Shown here: piece after piece, positions 18,511 through 28,562 of the stretch | Layout of the letters: every line of letters starts with the position of its first letter | Numbering within the stretch: the stretch's first letter is position 1 | Assembly (NCBI RefSeq): GCF_000829315.1 | Contig: NZ_AP013028.1 | Location: forward strand, 480,001 to 512,000 | DNA from: Wolbachia endosymbiont of Cimex lectularius | GTDB lineage: Bacteria > Pseudomonadota > Alphaproteobacteria > Rickettsiales > Anaplasmataceae | Length of the DNA: 32,000 nucleotides | Reading direction: 5' to 3' | Program-made: the position numbers and the translations under genes | Notes under the pieces: generated by a model | Databases searched by the model: none | What the model was told of the DNA's origin: nothing | What the model saw: only the letters and a program-made list of their open reading frames with translations

Positions 18511-18568
18511 TAGTTGCAATTCAAGATGAGGCTTGGGTTCGTAGGCCAATACATCCAAAACAAAAAGA

Positions 18569-18597
18569 TTGAATATTTCTACAGAATTGTGTATAAT
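18569..18597 (+). promoter_or_regulatory. Putative rpn promoter
   Basis: TTGAAT (18569-18574), a 17-nt spacer, then TATAAT (18592-18597). Confidence 0.45.
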
Positions 18598-18623
18598 TAT
18601 TAATATTTTTAAGCATTTTAGCT

Positions 18624-19511
18624 GTGGCATTTTCTAAATTTCTCGACCCTAAAAATGATGTAGCATTTCGGCGCATCTTCGGTACTGAAAAGAATAAGGA
18701 TATTCTCATTCATTTTCTCAATGATATCTTGGGCTTCACTGGCAAGAATGAAATAAAAGAGATAGAATTCCTCAGTACTATTCAAGATGCTGAAATTGCC
18801 TCCAAAAAGCAAAGCATTGTTGATGTTCTCTGTAGAGATGAAAATGGGGTGCAGGTAATCGTCGAAATGCAGGTCGCTAAAACTAAAGGCTTTGAAAAAC
18901 GTGCTCAATACTATGCGGCTAAGGCGTATTCAAGACAGGCTAATAAAGATGATCAATATGAAGACCTTAAAGAAATTATCTTTATTGCTATAGCAGATTG
19001 TATCCTGTTTCCGGATAAGTCTGAGTATAAATCAAAACACACTATTCGGGATGAGGATACCAATGAACATGATCTAAAAGATTTTTATTTTACATTTATT
19101 GAACTGCCAAAATTTCCGAAAACGAAGGAAGATCAATTAGAGAGTATAGTTGAAAAATGGGTCTACTTCTTCAAGTATGCAGAAGAAACTAGTGAAAAGG
19201 AATTGGAAAGAATAATAGGAAGTGACGTAATAATCAAAAAAGCATATGAGGAGCTAAATAGATTCAACTGGTCAGAAAAGGAGTTCATAGAATATGAACA
19301 AGAAATAAAGCGTATCCGTGATGAGAAGGCTGTTCTCGCTCAAAAACTTGATGATGCCACTGAAAAAGGCAGAAAAGAAGGCAGAAAAGAAAGGGAAATT
19401 GAAGTGGCTAAAAACCTACTTAAAGCAGGAGTTTCTATTGATATCATAGCCCAAACTACTGGTCTTCCTAGAGCTGAAATTACACAACTCAAAGAAGAAG
19501 TCACGAGTTAA
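18624..19511 (+). CDS. Rpn-family (PD-(D/E)XK, YhgA-like) recombination-promoting nuclease/putative transposase
   Basis: Intact 295-aa ORF with a GTG start. It is close to the 4302 and 17516 copies and carries only two 12-bp G-x-x-x units. Confidence 0.9.
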   Translation: MAFSKFLDPKNDVAFRRIFGTEKNKDILIHFLNDILGFTGKNEIKEIEFLSTIQDAEIASKKQSIVDVLCRDENGVQVIVEMQVAKTKGFEKRAQYYAAKAYSRQANKDDQYEDLKEIIFIAIADCILFPDKSEYKSKHTIRDEDTNEHDLKDFYFTFIELPKFPKTKEDQLESIVEKWVYFFKYAEETSEKELERIIGSDVIIKKAYEELNRFNWSEKEFIEYEQEIKRIRDEKAVLAQKLDDATEKGRKEGRKEREIEVAKNLLKAGVSIDIIAQTTGLPRAEITQLKEEVTS

Positions 19512-19538
19512 CCGCTTAGCTACCAATATATTTTGAAG

Positions 19539-19592
19539 TAAGCTGCCCACGGGGCTTCTTTTGCTTTTTTTCGCTTAGTAAATTTTTTAATG
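19539..19592 (+). repeat. TLR copy 7, terminator-like, after the rpn stop
   Basis: aagctGCCCacgGGGCttcttttgctttttttcgcttagtaaattttttaatg. Confidence 0.5.
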
Positions 19593-19741
19593 TTTAGATT
19601 AGTGCAATTTAAGAGCAACAGCGTTATAAAAAACACCAATACTTAAAATCTAGGTTATCCTAATGACTATGCCAAATCCTCTGTGCTATGATATTTGCGA
19701 GTATCCGGTATAATACCCAATTGGTTAATTTAAATAGATAG

Positions 19742-20722
19742 ATGACTTCATCTATAAAAATATTTTTTACCTCGTTTATTTTTGGGTTTATTCTTTCCCC
19801 TTATTTTATAAAACTTCTGAAAAAAGTAAGCAAAAATGGACAGCCAATCAGGTTATGTGGACCAGAAAGTCATTTAATGACAAAAAGAAATACCCCTACC
19901 ATGGGCGGGATAGTAGTACTAATTTCTTCTTTATTACCAATTCTACTTTGGGCTCAACTAACGCCAGAAATTCTGTTGCTGGTATTTATAACTCTGTTTT
20001 TTGCTCTGATTGGATTTATTGACGATTATCTAAAATTAAAAGCAAATAACCATCGAGGTTTAAGGGCAAAAACTAAAATACTTATCCAATTTGTTGTCAC
20101 TCTGATTGGTATGTCCATATTTAAGCTGTATTTTACTGAGGACTTTGCAAAAACGTTCCTAGTTAAAGGAATAACGATCGACTTTGGCTGCCTATATGTT
20201 CCGTTTGCTGTATTTGTGATTGTCGGCTCTTCTAATGCTGTAAATATTGCAGATGGTCTAGACGGCCTTGCTGCAACTCAAGTTATCACTTCTTTTGTTT
20301 TTTTAGGACTAATTGCGTACATAACTCAAGTAAACGTGAACATTATTTTATTCTGTATTGCATTTGTAGGAGCAATTTTAAGTTTCTTATGGTTTAACAC
20401 GCACCCGGCAAAAATGTTTATGGGTGATGTTGGCAGTTTATCAATTGGTGCAGCTTTAGGACTAATCAGCGTTCTCATTAAAAGGGAAGTGCTTTTCGCT
20501 GTTATTGGAATAATTTTTGTAATAGAAACACTATCTGTAATTATCCAGGTATTATATTTTAAATACACAAAGTTTAAGTATGGGAAGGGAAGGAGGATTT
20601 TTCTTATGGCACCAATACACCACCATTTTGAAAAGAAGGGATGGTCAGAAAATGAAATAGTTATGAAATTTTGGATAATTGCCATTACCTGTTCAACCTT
20701 TACTATAGCTTTCTTGTTATAA
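19742..20722 (+). CDS. mraY: Phospho-N-acetylmuramoyl-pentapeptide transferase
   Basis: 326-aa polytopic membrane protein with ...TPTMGG..., ...NAVN.ADGLDGLA... and ...MGDVGS... motifs. Confidence 0.92.
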   Translation: MTSSIKIFFTSFIFGFILSPYFIKLLKKVSKNGQPIRLCGPESHLMTKRNTPTMGGIVVLISSLLPILLWAQLTPEILLLVFITLFFALIGFIDDYLKLKANNHRGLRAKTKILIQFVVTLIGMSIFKLYFTEDFAKTFLVKGITIDFGCLYVPFAVFVIVGSSNAVNIADGLDGLAATQVITSFVFLGLIAYITQVNVNIILFCIAFVGAILSFLWFNTHPAKMFMGDVGSLSIGAALGLISVLIKREVLFAVIGIIFVIETLSVIIQVLYFKYTKFKYGKGRRIFLMAPIHHHFEKKGWSENEIVMKFWIIAITCSTFTIAFLL

Positions 20723-20728
20723 AAACTT

Positions 20729-21337
20729 ATGGCATACCCAGATTTCACATTAGAAAATAAATTATCAGGAGTGACAGCAGGAGTGGACGAAGTTGGAAGG
20801 GGTCCGCTAGCTGGTCCTGTAATGTCTGCAGCAGTAGTATTTACCGATAGAAATATAATCATTGAAGGAATTAATGACTCAAAAAAGTTGACTGCTAAAA
20901 ACAGGCAAGTTCTATATGAAAAAATAACGTCTGTTGCAAAATTTGGTATAGGAATAGCAAGTGTTGAAGAAATAAATTCATACAACATTTTACAAGCAAC
21001 GAAACTTTCAATGCAACGTGCATTAACAAACTTAGGTCTAGAATTAGATTATGTGCTGGTTGATGGTAATCAACCACCCAAAGTAAAATGGCAGGTGAGG
21101 TCCGTAGTAAACGGTGATGGTTTGAGTATATCAATTGCAGCCGCTTCAATTATCGCAAAAGTGACAAGAGATAAGCTGATGCAAGAGTTGCATGATCAAC
21201 ATCCAGAATATAATTGGTATAAAAATAAAGGATATGGAACAAAAGAACACATAGATGCTATAAACCTCCATGGCATTACAGAACATCATAGAAGAAACTT
21301 TGCACCTATCTCACACTTTGTTGAACGAATACCTTGA
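20729..21337 (+). CDS. rnhB: Ribonuclease HII
   Basis: 202 aa: ...AGVDEVGRGPLAGPV..., DSKKL, ...ASIIAKVTRD..., YGT.EH. Confidence 0.92.
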   Translation: MAYPDFTLENKLSGVTAGVDEVGRGPLAGPVMSAAVVFTDRNIIIEGINDSKKLTAKNRQVLYEKITSVAKFGIGIASVEEINSYNILQATKLSMQRALTNLGLELDYVLVDGNQPPKVKWQVRSVVNGDGLSISIAAASIIAKVTRDKLMQELHDQHPEYNWYKNKGYGTKEHIDAINLHGITEHHRRNFAPISHFVERIP

Positions 21338-21389
21338 GCTTAGCCAGGCAAAAATGATATCCATTAAACGCAAAACAGATGAGACAAGC

Positions 21390-22004
21390 CTATAGCTTAC
21401 TTACATATTTTTTGATCTCAGCTATGATCTTATCAGATTGACTTTCATACGAATTTAGATCAGCTGCAAAGTGTGTAACATATTTTCCTCCAGGGCCAAT
21501 AAGATATATTATTGAAGAATGATTAATTTCCTCTTCCCCACCAACTTTACTGGCATATACTTTATAATTTGCAATTACTTCGTCTATTTTTTTTCTCTCA
21601 CCGGTCAGCATTTGTATTCTATGGTCAAATTGCTGCTGAAATTCTTTGAGTTTTTCCGTGCTATCGCGTTCAGGGTCAACTGTTATAAAAAACGTTTGTA
21701 GCTTGTTATTAGTTCTCTCATCTAGCTTTGCAAGTGTTTCTGAAATTATTCCAAGATTCATAGGGCAAATCTTTTTACATGAAGAAAATCCGAAGAAAAT
21801 CATCATATACTTATCTTTAAAATCACTACTACGTATGGTCTGTCCGTCTTGATTAATCAAAGAAAAATCTCCTCCTATCTTGACTTCTACATTGTGAACT
21901 ACTGCTGGAGCAAATATGCCTTTTTTAGTGAAATAACAATAACCAAGAAAAATGGCTGCTAATGTTATTACTACACTAGACAATAACCTTACAAACTTTA
22001 GCAT
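21390..22004 (-). CDS. SCO1/SenC family copper chaperone
   Basis: 204 aa with an N-terminal TM segment, ...FGFSSCKKICP (a CxxxC motif), ...FITVDPERD. Confidence 0.88.
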   Translation of the reverse strand: MLKFVRLLSSVVITLAAIFLGYCYFTKKGIFAPAVVHNVEVKIGGDFSLINQDGQTIRSSDFKDKYMMIFFGFSSCKKICPMNLGIISETLAKLDERTNNKLQTFFITVDPERDSTEKLKEFQQQFDHRIQMLTGERKKIDEVIANYKVYASKVGGEEEINHSSIIYLIGPGGKYVTHFAADLNSYESQSDKIIAEIKKYVSKL

Positions 22005-22048
22005 TAGGACACCTTGAATAAAATAAGATTATATCTTTGTTAGTTGAC

Positions 22049-22744
22049 TTATTCAATATTTTCTTTCCAAAGTGGATTGTTAATTGTATCTAACAGTTTT
22101 CTATGTTCGTTAATTTCTTCATTACTTGGTGAGTGTTCCCTACGAGCTAAGTTACGTACTTTGTGCTTAATGAATGTGGAGTTGTTATCCTGTTCACACT
22201 GATTATCAAACAAGAAAGTTTGTAACCCTCCTGTAAGCTCAACATACACTTTTGCAAGCAACTGAGCGTCAATTAGTGCTCCGTGTAATTCTCTATCCTC
22301 CAGTGATATATCAAAACGCTTACATAATGCATTTAAAGATGCAGGTGACCCTGCAAACTTTTTTCTCGCAAGTGGCAATGTATCCAGCACTCTGTCTGAA
22401 GAGATTAATCCAGCACCCAATTTGCCCAACTCCATATTAAGGAACTTAACATCAAACTCAGCGTTGTGAATTATCAAAACATCGTTAGATATAAAGTCAA
22501 GAAATTCAAGAGCAACATCTGAAAACAATGGTTTATCTTCTAAAAATTCTTCACTAATGCCGTGAATCTTAAATGAGTGGTAAGGCACACCTCTTTCTGG
22601 ATTGAGATACTGATGGAATACTTTACCTGTCGGGATGCGGTTAATTAGTTCCACACACCCTATTTCAATAATCCGGTGACCAGATTCGATATCCAAACCA
22701 GTAGTTTCAGTATCAAGTACTATTTCGCGTAATTTATTTTCCAT
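22049..22744 (-). CDS. dnaQ: DNA polymerase III subunit epsilon (3'-5' exonuclease)
   Basis: 231 aa: ...IVLDTETTGL..., ...IIHNAEFDVKFLN..., ...HGALIDAQLLAKVY (ExoI-III motifs). Confidence 0.92.
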   Translation of the reverse strand: MENKLREIVLDTETTGLDIESGHRIIEIGCVELINRIPTGKVFHQYLNPERGVPYHSFKIHGISEEFLEDKPLFSDVALEFLDFISNDVLIIHNAEFDVKFLNMELGKLGAGLISSDRVLDTLPLARKKFAGSPASLNALCKRFDISLEDRELHGALIDAQLLAKVYVELTGGLQTFLFDNQCEQDNNSTFIKHKVRNLARREHSPSNEEINEHRKLLDTINNPLWKENIE

Positions 22745-22755
22745 GTTAAATAGAA

Positions 22756-23412
22756 TTATTCATACTTTACGTTCGTTTTACCATCATCTGCCTTTTTATA
22801 GTTTATGGAAGTAAGCAACCAGCTTGGGTTTGATGAAGTAATATTTTTTTTGAATTGCCAAACATCCTCGACTTTATTGATAGTGGATGTGCTACCTGAT
22901 ATAATATTTCCCTTGTCATTCTTAACAAAGTTAATTTGCTCTGAAAGGAAATATACTGCAATAAACACTACATTTTTTACTAGTTTTATTTCTAAAATCT
23001 TTTGTGAAACAATAGAGACAATTATAGATTCTTGTATCTCTTTACGGTGTCTGATCTTCTCTGCAAAGTTGTTGTATAAGTCTTTGTCCAAGAGAGGTTT
23101 TAACTGGGATAGATTTCCTTGATTGAAATATTTTATTATTAATTCGAAAGCTATGCTTGAACCTTCCATGAAATGGGAAACGGAGAAATCTTTATTTTTT
23201 TGTAATATTTGCTCATAGGTAGCTTTTATTGAATTTTTGTCGTTGCTATCGATGTAATCTTCAATGTTTTCTACTACATCTTCTCTACTTTGGCTTATAT
23301 CAAGTGCACTAGTCAGTTTTTTTAGGTTGAGGTTTGTTGATTTTCCTAAAGAATTGTACAACCGTGAAAAAACGAATGCCACTAATAAAGCATATATTAC
23401 GAGCTCTATCAT
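22756..23412 (-). CDS. Tim44-like domain protein
   Basis: 218 aa with an N-terminal TM segment. The C-terminal domain pattern (...GNLSQLKPLL...F...I...) and the position between dnaQ and secB are typical of alphaproteobacterial Tim44-like proteins. Confidence 0.7.
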   Translation of the reverse strand: MIELVIYALLVAFVFSRLYNSLGKSTNLNLKKLTSALDISQSREDVVENIEDYIDSNDKNSIKATYEQILQKNKDFSVSHFMEGSSIAFELIIKYFNQGNLSQLKPLLDKDLYNNFAEKIRHRKEIQESIIVSIVSQKILEIKLVKNVVFIAVYFLSEQINFVKNDKGNIISGSTSTINKVEDVWQFKKNITSSNPSWLLTSINYKKADDGKTNVKYE

Positions 23413-23579
23413 AGTAACTCAACTCCCTAGCATATAAAGTATCTGAACATTATTAATTATTAATGAAAATGGCTTATCCTATACCAATCTGTAATTTAGG
23501 TTTGCTATTCATCTATAAATGGTTATATTATACAAGAAAGTGTTAAATACTTCAACTTAATTATAAGGAGACGTAAAAA

Positions 23580-24083
23580 ATGTCACAACACAAAATGAAA
23601 ATTCATGGTCAGTATATTAAAGATCTATCGTTTGAAAATCCGAATTCACCATTCCTTTCTGCAAAAGAAGCTCCCGGTATTAATGTAATGGTTAATATCA
23701 ATTCAGTGAGATTGGAAGGAGCTGAAGGCGAGGAAGGAGAGAATGAAGAAAAATCTTTTCATGAAATTACTTTGCACATAGAAGCCAAAGCAACGGTAAA
23801 AGATGAGAACATAAAAGATGGTATTGCTTTCATTTGTGAAACGAAATATTGTGGTATTTTTTCAATAGAAAACTTTGCAGAGCTAAGTGCAGAAGAGATA
23901 AGGCAAGCTTTATTTATTGGTGGGCCTACTTTTCTTTTTCCTTTTGCGAGAGAAATAATTGCAAGGGTTACAAGTAGTGGTGGGTTTCCTCCACTTATGC
24001 TAGATCCTATAGATTTTGAAGCTATGTATAAGCAGCAGAGTCAACAACAAAAAAATACTGTGAGTAATGAGAATTTTAACTGA
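23580..24083 (+). CDS. secB: Protein-export chaperone SecB
   Basis: 167 aa: ...YIKDLSFENPNSP..., ...CGIFSIENF..., ...PTFLFPFAREIIA..TS.GGFPPLML.PIDF. Confidence 0.92.
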   Translation: MSQHKMKIHGQYIKDLSFENPNSPFLSAKEAPGINVMVNINSVRLEGAEGEEGENEEKSFHEITLHIEAKATVKDENIKDGIAFICETKYCGIFSIENFAELSAEEIRQALFIGGPTFLFPFAREIIARVTSSGGFPPLMLDPIDFEAMYKQQSQQQKNTVSNENFN

Positions 24084-24215
24084 TACGACACTACTTCGTC
24101 ATCCCGGTGTATTAGATGATTTTTTTGCATAGCAAATTAAAAGGCTTCAACGCTTTTAATAGTTAAGTCTTTTTAAAGATATCCCACTTATATTACAGCT
24201 AAGTTTATAAAATAA

Positions 24216-24244
24216 TTGACAATGTTAATTTTCTAATTTATAAG
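24216..24244 (+). promoter_or_regulatory. Putative rpsU promoter
   Basis: TTGACA (24216-24221), a 17-nt spacer, then TATAAG (24239-24244), 38 nt upstream of the rpsU start. Confidence 0.4.
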
Positions 24245-24281
24245 TAGATTTTTGAGATAATTACCAGAGGAGGTATAAAGT

Positions 24282-24482
24282 TTGATTGAAGTATCAGTTC
24301 ATTATGGTGATGTAGATAGAGCTTTTCCGGTATTGAAAAAAACAATTCAAAAAGAAGGAAGAGGGGTAAAAATGAAAAAGCAATACCATGAAAAGAAATC
24401 AGAAAAGAGAGCTAAAAAGAAAGCTGAAGCTAAAAAAAAGAGGCGCCAACAAGAGAGTAGAAGACAGCGTTATGGTTGGTAG
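24282..24482 (+). CDS. rpsU: 30S ribosomal protein S21
   Basis: GAGGAGG then a TTG start. The 66-aa product is very basic, with the typical S21 layout (...V....D.AF..LKK.IQKEG......KQ.YEKKSEKR..K...). Confidence 0.88.
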   Translation: MIEVSVHYGDVDRAFPVLKKTIQKEGRGVKMKKQYHEKKSEKRAKKKAEAKKKRRQQESRRQRYGW

Positions 24483-24510
24483 TTTTTAATAGTTTATCGT
24501 TGGTTGTTTT

Positions 24511-25671
24511 ATGAATATTCACGAATATCAAGCAAAAGAGATTTTGCGCAAATTTAATGTTCCAGTACCAAAGGGTTTTGTTACTACATCTGCAGAAGAA
24601 GTAGAGACTCAAATGGGTCAGTTGAAGTCTGACGTGCTTGTGGTTAAAGCTCAAATTCACGCAGGTGGCAGAGGTAAAGCTGGTGGTGTAAAGCTGGCAA
24701 AGTCAGCTGAAGAAGCTAAGCAGTTTATAAAGGACATGCTTGGCATGACTTTAATTACTCACCAAACAGGATCAAAGGGACAGCAAGTAAGAAGAGTATA
24801 CATTGAGGAAGGCTCAAGCATTAAGAAAGAGTATTATTTAAGCCTAGTAGTTGATCCAAAGCTCAGTAGACCAACATTCATATTTTCCTCAGAAGGTGGA
24901 ATGGATATTGAAGAAGTTGCAAAAAATTCTCCTACAAAAATTGTAAAATTTGATATTGATTATACTGCAGGTTTTACAAGTTTTGATAGCAGCAAATTAA
25001 GCAATGGTTTTAATCTGAGTTCAGAACAAATAAAAAAAATAACAAATGTTGCAAAAAATATATATGATGCATTTATTGCAACTGATGCAAGCCAAATAGA
25101 AATTAATCCACTAGTTGAAATAAATTCTGGGGATTTTATTGCGCTTGATGCTAAAATCAATTTTGATGATAACGCTTTATACCGTCACCCGGAAATTGTG
25201 GAACTCCGTGATTATAACGAAGAAGTGAAAGAAGAAATAGAAGCTTCAAAACATGGGCTCAGTTATATTAAAATGGATGGCAGCATTGGTTGCATGGTAA
25301 ACGGTGCGGGTCTTGCTATGGCAACAATGGATATAATAAAATATTACGGAGCAGAGCCTGCCAACTTTTTGGATGTTGGCGGTGGAGCAAGTAAAGAGAC
25401 TGTCACCGAAGCGTTCAAAATTATATTGTCCGATAGTAACGTAAAGGGGATTTTGGTTAACATATTTGGTGGTATAATGCGCTGCGATATCATTGCAAGT
25501 GGTATCGTTGAAGCTGCAAAAGAAATAAGTATAAAAGTTCCTTCAGTGGTTAGGTTATCAGGTACTAATTTTGAAGAAGGAAAGAGAATCTTAGAAGAGT
25601 CAGGATTAAATATTATCGCTGCAGATGAACTTGATGAAGCTGCACAGAAAATAGTAAAAGAGGTAAAATAA
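24511..25671 (+). CDS. sucC: Succinate--CoA ligase (ADP-forming) subunit beta
   Basis: 386 aa: [21 protein letters not shown]..., ...[18 protein letters not shown]..., ...[15 protein letters not shown]... Confidence 0.95.
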   Translation: MNIHEYQAKEILRKFNVPVPKGFVTTSAEEVETQMGQLKSDVLVVKAQIHAGGRGKAGGVKLAKSAEEAKQFIKDMLGMTLITHQTGSKGQQVRRVYIEEGSSIKKEYYLSLVVDPKLSRPTFIFSSEGGMDIEEVAKNSPTKIVKFDIDYTAGFTSFDSSKLSNGFNLSSEQIKKITNVAKNIYDAFIATDASQIEINPLVEINSGDFIALDAKINFDDNALYRHPEIVELRDYNEEVKEEIEASKHGLSYIKMDGSIGCMVNGAGLAMATMDIIKYYGAEPANFLDVGGGASKETVTEAFKIILSDSNVKGILVNIFGGIMRCDIIASGIVEAAKEISIKVPSVVRLSGTNFEEGKRILEESGLNIIAADELDEAAQKIVKEVK

Positions 25672-25674
25672 ATC

Positions 25675-26553
25675 ATGTCCATTTTAGTAAGCAAAGATAC
25701 AAGATTAATATGCCAGGGTTTTACTGGTGCACAGGGTACATTCCACTCAGAGCAAGCAATCAGCTACGGAACCAAAATGGTTGGTGGCGTAACTCCCGGC
25801 AAGGGTGGGAGCACTCACCTTAACTTGCCGGTTTTTAATACTGTAGCAGAAGCTCAAGAAAAAACTGATGCGAATGCTACGGTGATATATGTACCTGCTA
25901 AGTTCGCTGCTGATGCAATACTCGAAGCCATAGATGCAAAAATAGAGCTGATAGTTTGTATTACAGAGGGTATTCCTATACTTGACATGGTAAAAGTTAA
26001 GCATGCGCTTATTGGTTCAAAAAGTCGATTGATTGGTCCCAATTGTCCGGGGGTTATTACACCTGAAGAATGCAAAATAGGAATTATGCCAGGGCATATT
26101 CACAAGCGTGGGAATATAGGGATCATGTCTCGTTCCGGAACTTTAACTTATGAAGCGGTAGCACAAACAACTGCTGTTGGCCTTGGTCAGTCAACATGTA
26201 TAGGAATTGGAGGAGATCCTGTTCATGGTATGACATTTGTTGACTGTATGGAACTGTTTTTAAAAGATGACGATACTCATGGTATTGTAGTCATTGGTGA
26301 GATAGGTGGAAACGAAGAAGAGGACGTATCACGTTTTGTGAAGACAGAGAAAACTAAAAAGCAAATTGTTGGATTTGTAGCTGGTCAAACAGCACCTCCA
26401 GGAAGACGCATGGGACACGCTGGAGCGATTATCTCTTCTAGTGGAGGGAGTGCTGGTGCAAAGCTGGAGGTTATGAGGAGTGCTGGTATTGCAATTGCAG
26501 AAACTCCTGCAGTAATTGGTAAAAAAGTTTTGGAAGTAATAAATCAAGTTTAG
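25675..26553 (+). CDS. sucD: Succinate--CoA ligase subunit alpha
   Basis: 292 aa: ...[28 protein letters not shown]..., ...[10 protein letters not shown]..., ...MGHAGAII... Confidence 0.95.
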   Translation: MSILVSKDTRLICQGFTGAQGTFHSEQAISYGTKMVGGVTPGKGGSTHLNLPVFNTVAEAQEKTDANATVIYVPAKFAADAILEAIDAKIELIVCITEGIPILDMVKVKHALIGSKSRLIGPNCPGVITPEECKIGIMPGHIHKRGNIGIMSRSGTLTYEAVAQTTAVGLGQSTCIGIGGDPVHGMTFVDCMELFLKDDDTHGIVVIGEIGGNEEEDVSRFVKTEKTKKQIVGFVAGQTAPPGRRMGHAGAIISSSGGSAGAKLEVMRSAGIAIAETPAVIGKKVLEVINQV

Positions 26554-26560
26554 AATATTG

Positions 26561-27343
26561 CTATAGAAACCCTACATTACCAGTTATAAATACATCGTCT
26601 ACCCATTCAACTAGCAAGTTTCCCCCTGGCGAATTTACAGAAGTTTGCTTAGCAGTCAAATATTTACGAAGTACGGATGCAACAAATGCTGCACAAGCTG
26701 CACTGCCGCATGAGGCAGTAATACCTGTACCTCTTTCCCAAACTCTTAAGTTTATTTCTCCAGACTTTTCAATTTGTGCAATGCTGACATTCACTTTCTT
26801 AGGAAATAATATGTGGTTTTCCAATCTTGGTCCTAAATTTTGCAACGGTATTTCACTTATGTTATCAACAAAAAAGACCATGTGAGGGTTGCCAATATTT
26901 ACTGCAACTGGATCTTTTAGCATTTCAACCTCTATAGGTAAATGAAGGGTGTTACATTCAATGGAAAGAGGGATTTCATGCCATCTAAACAGTGGTTTGC
27001 CCATATTGACCTTTATGGACCTACCACCCACCTTGAAGCACTCTAAAATGCGCTCGTTTATTAACTCAATGGTTGCATACTCAGTGCTTTTTTCTGACAT
27101 TATCAAATATCCAACACAACGTGCTGCGTTCCCGCACATTTCAACTTCGCTGCCGTCAGCATTATAAATGCGCATAAAGCAATCAGCTGCGCCAGAGTTA
27201 GTTATAACTATTACTTGATCGCAGCTGTTTTGGTTAGCAATTTCTCTATAATGCCAATTTAAGCTATTTGTTGAACGTGAGTCTATGATAACAAAGTTGT
27301 TACCAGTACCATGCATTTTTTTAGGACTTCGGCCATTCGCCAT
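26561..27343 (-). CDS. dapF: Diaminopimelate epimerase
   Basis: 260 aa: ...KMHGTGNNFVIID..., ...MCGNAARC..., ...ERGTGITASCGSAACA. Starting at 27343 overlaps the upstream gene by 23 nt; the ATG at 27316 (MHGTGNNF) is an alternative start. Confidence 0.9.
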   Translation of the reverse strand: MANGRSPKKMHGTGNNFVIIDSRSTNSLNWHYREIANQNSCDQVIVITNSGAADCFMRIYNADGSEVEMCGNAARCVGYLIMSEKSTEYATIELINERILECFKVGGRSIKVNMGKPLFRWHEIPLSIECNTLHLPIEVEMLKDPVAVNIGNPHMVFFVDNISEIPLQNLGPRLENHILFPKKVNVSIAQIEKSGEINLRVWERGTGITASCGSAACAAFVASVLRKYLTAKQTSVNSPGGNLLVEWVDDVFITGNVGFL

Positions 27344-27878
27344 AAAAAAACATCTCCTCTATTGGCTTTCTTGTCTTTTCCTTAACTTCAGCACCCTCTT
27401 CTTCGTAACCAATCGCTATCACCGACCTTACATCAAAGTCATCGGGTATATTGAATTTCTCTACTATTTTATCACCATCGAAGCCACCCATCTGATGGGC
27501 CATGAAACTCATAGATGTAGCCTGTAGCATAAGCGCGTAACTTGCTGCACCAGTATCGTAGCTGCCCCAAAGATTTGCTCCTTTTGTGTGATCACGGTAA
27601 TTTTTAGCGCTTAATACTATGATTAATACTTGAGTGCTTTTCGCCCATCTTTGATTAGGCTCAGTAAGGCAACTCAATAGCTTCTCCCATGCATTTTGAT
27701 TGCTTTGTCTGTTGCATATTACATATCTCCAGGGCTCGTCACCATAACATGAAGGATAGAGCCGTGCGGCTTCTATCAGCATATTTATGTCCTATTGATG
27801 TACTACTCTATTTTGGTTATATGAATATCCACTGTGTCTTACTTTCATTAACTCCATTAGATCTTCTTTATTAATCAT
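27321..27878 (-). pseudogene. Nitroreductase family protein with an in-frame TAG at codon 29
   Basis: The ATG at 27878 gives MINKEDLMELMKVRHSGYSYNQNRVVHQ, then TAG (27794-27792), then DINMLIEAARLYPSCYGDEPWRYVI... in the same frame. The restart ORF at 27321-27782 would lack the N-terminal strand and helix. Confidence 0.7.
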
Positions 27879-28034
27879 TTTTAATCCTCTAAAAAAAAAC
27901 TAACTATATATAGCGGAATATTAAAAAAAGTTTAACCTTTTTGTTTCACATAAGAAATATAATTATGGGCAATAAATTTAAATTGCAAAACTTTTAAAGT
28001 ATAGTTAATATTAGTATATTCTATTTGGAGGAGT

Positions 28035-28562
28035 ATGTTGACAGCACAATATAGCAGCAAATCAACATTGGTCGAAATTTTCTTTTGTGTCTTATTCTTA
28101 TTTCTAGTGACTCAGATAAGAATACCGTTGCAACCTGTGCCTATCACACTACAGAGTTTAGGAGTGATGCTTATTGGGCTCAAATTTAACCGCAAAACGG
28201 CATTTTATTCCGTGCTTACATATTTATCACTTGGTACAGCAGGGTTACCCATTTTTGCGGATTTTTCCAGTGGTTATCACACTCTTCTTGGACCAACAGG
28301 TGGATATTTAATTGGCTTTTTAGCTGCTGTTATGGCAATGGACGAAGTAAATGAGTTACTAAACTCCAAATGTGAATCACTTGTGCGTAATTCTCTAAGT
28401 TGTCTGGCTGGTACAGTCGTGATCTTTATCTATGGTGTCAGTTGGCTCGCTATTCACGTTGGTCTGAAACAGGCAATAATGATTGGTGTTCTGCCATTTA
28501 TTCTGCCCGGTTTAGTAAAGATTTTTCTACTAGTAGCGACTTTACAATATCTGAAAAAATGA
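28035..28562 (+). CDS. bioY: Biotin transporter BioY
   Basis: 175 aa, multi-TM: ...PVPITLQSLGVML.G..., ...GLPIFA......LLGPTGGYLIGF... Confidence 0.88.
   Translation: MLTAQYSSKSTLVEIFFCVLFLFLVTQIRIPLQPVPITLQSLGVMLIGLKFNRKTAFYSVLTYLSLGTAGLPIFADFSSGYHTLLGPTGGYLIGFLAAVMAMDEVNELLNSKCESLVRNSLSCLAGTVVIFIYGVSWLAIHVGLKQAIMIGVLPFILPGLVKIFLLVATLQYLKK

Noticed and set aside
20326-20988. 220-aa ORF antisense to the mraY/rnhB junction
   Set aside because: It is fully overlapped by two strongly supported housekeeping genes on the other strand and has no recognisable domain.
25344-26547. ORFs of 66-116 aa antisense to sucC and sucD (24960-25160, 25344-25694, 25747-26004, 25854-26075, 26329-26547)
   Set aside because: They are shadow ORFs of highly conserved genes.
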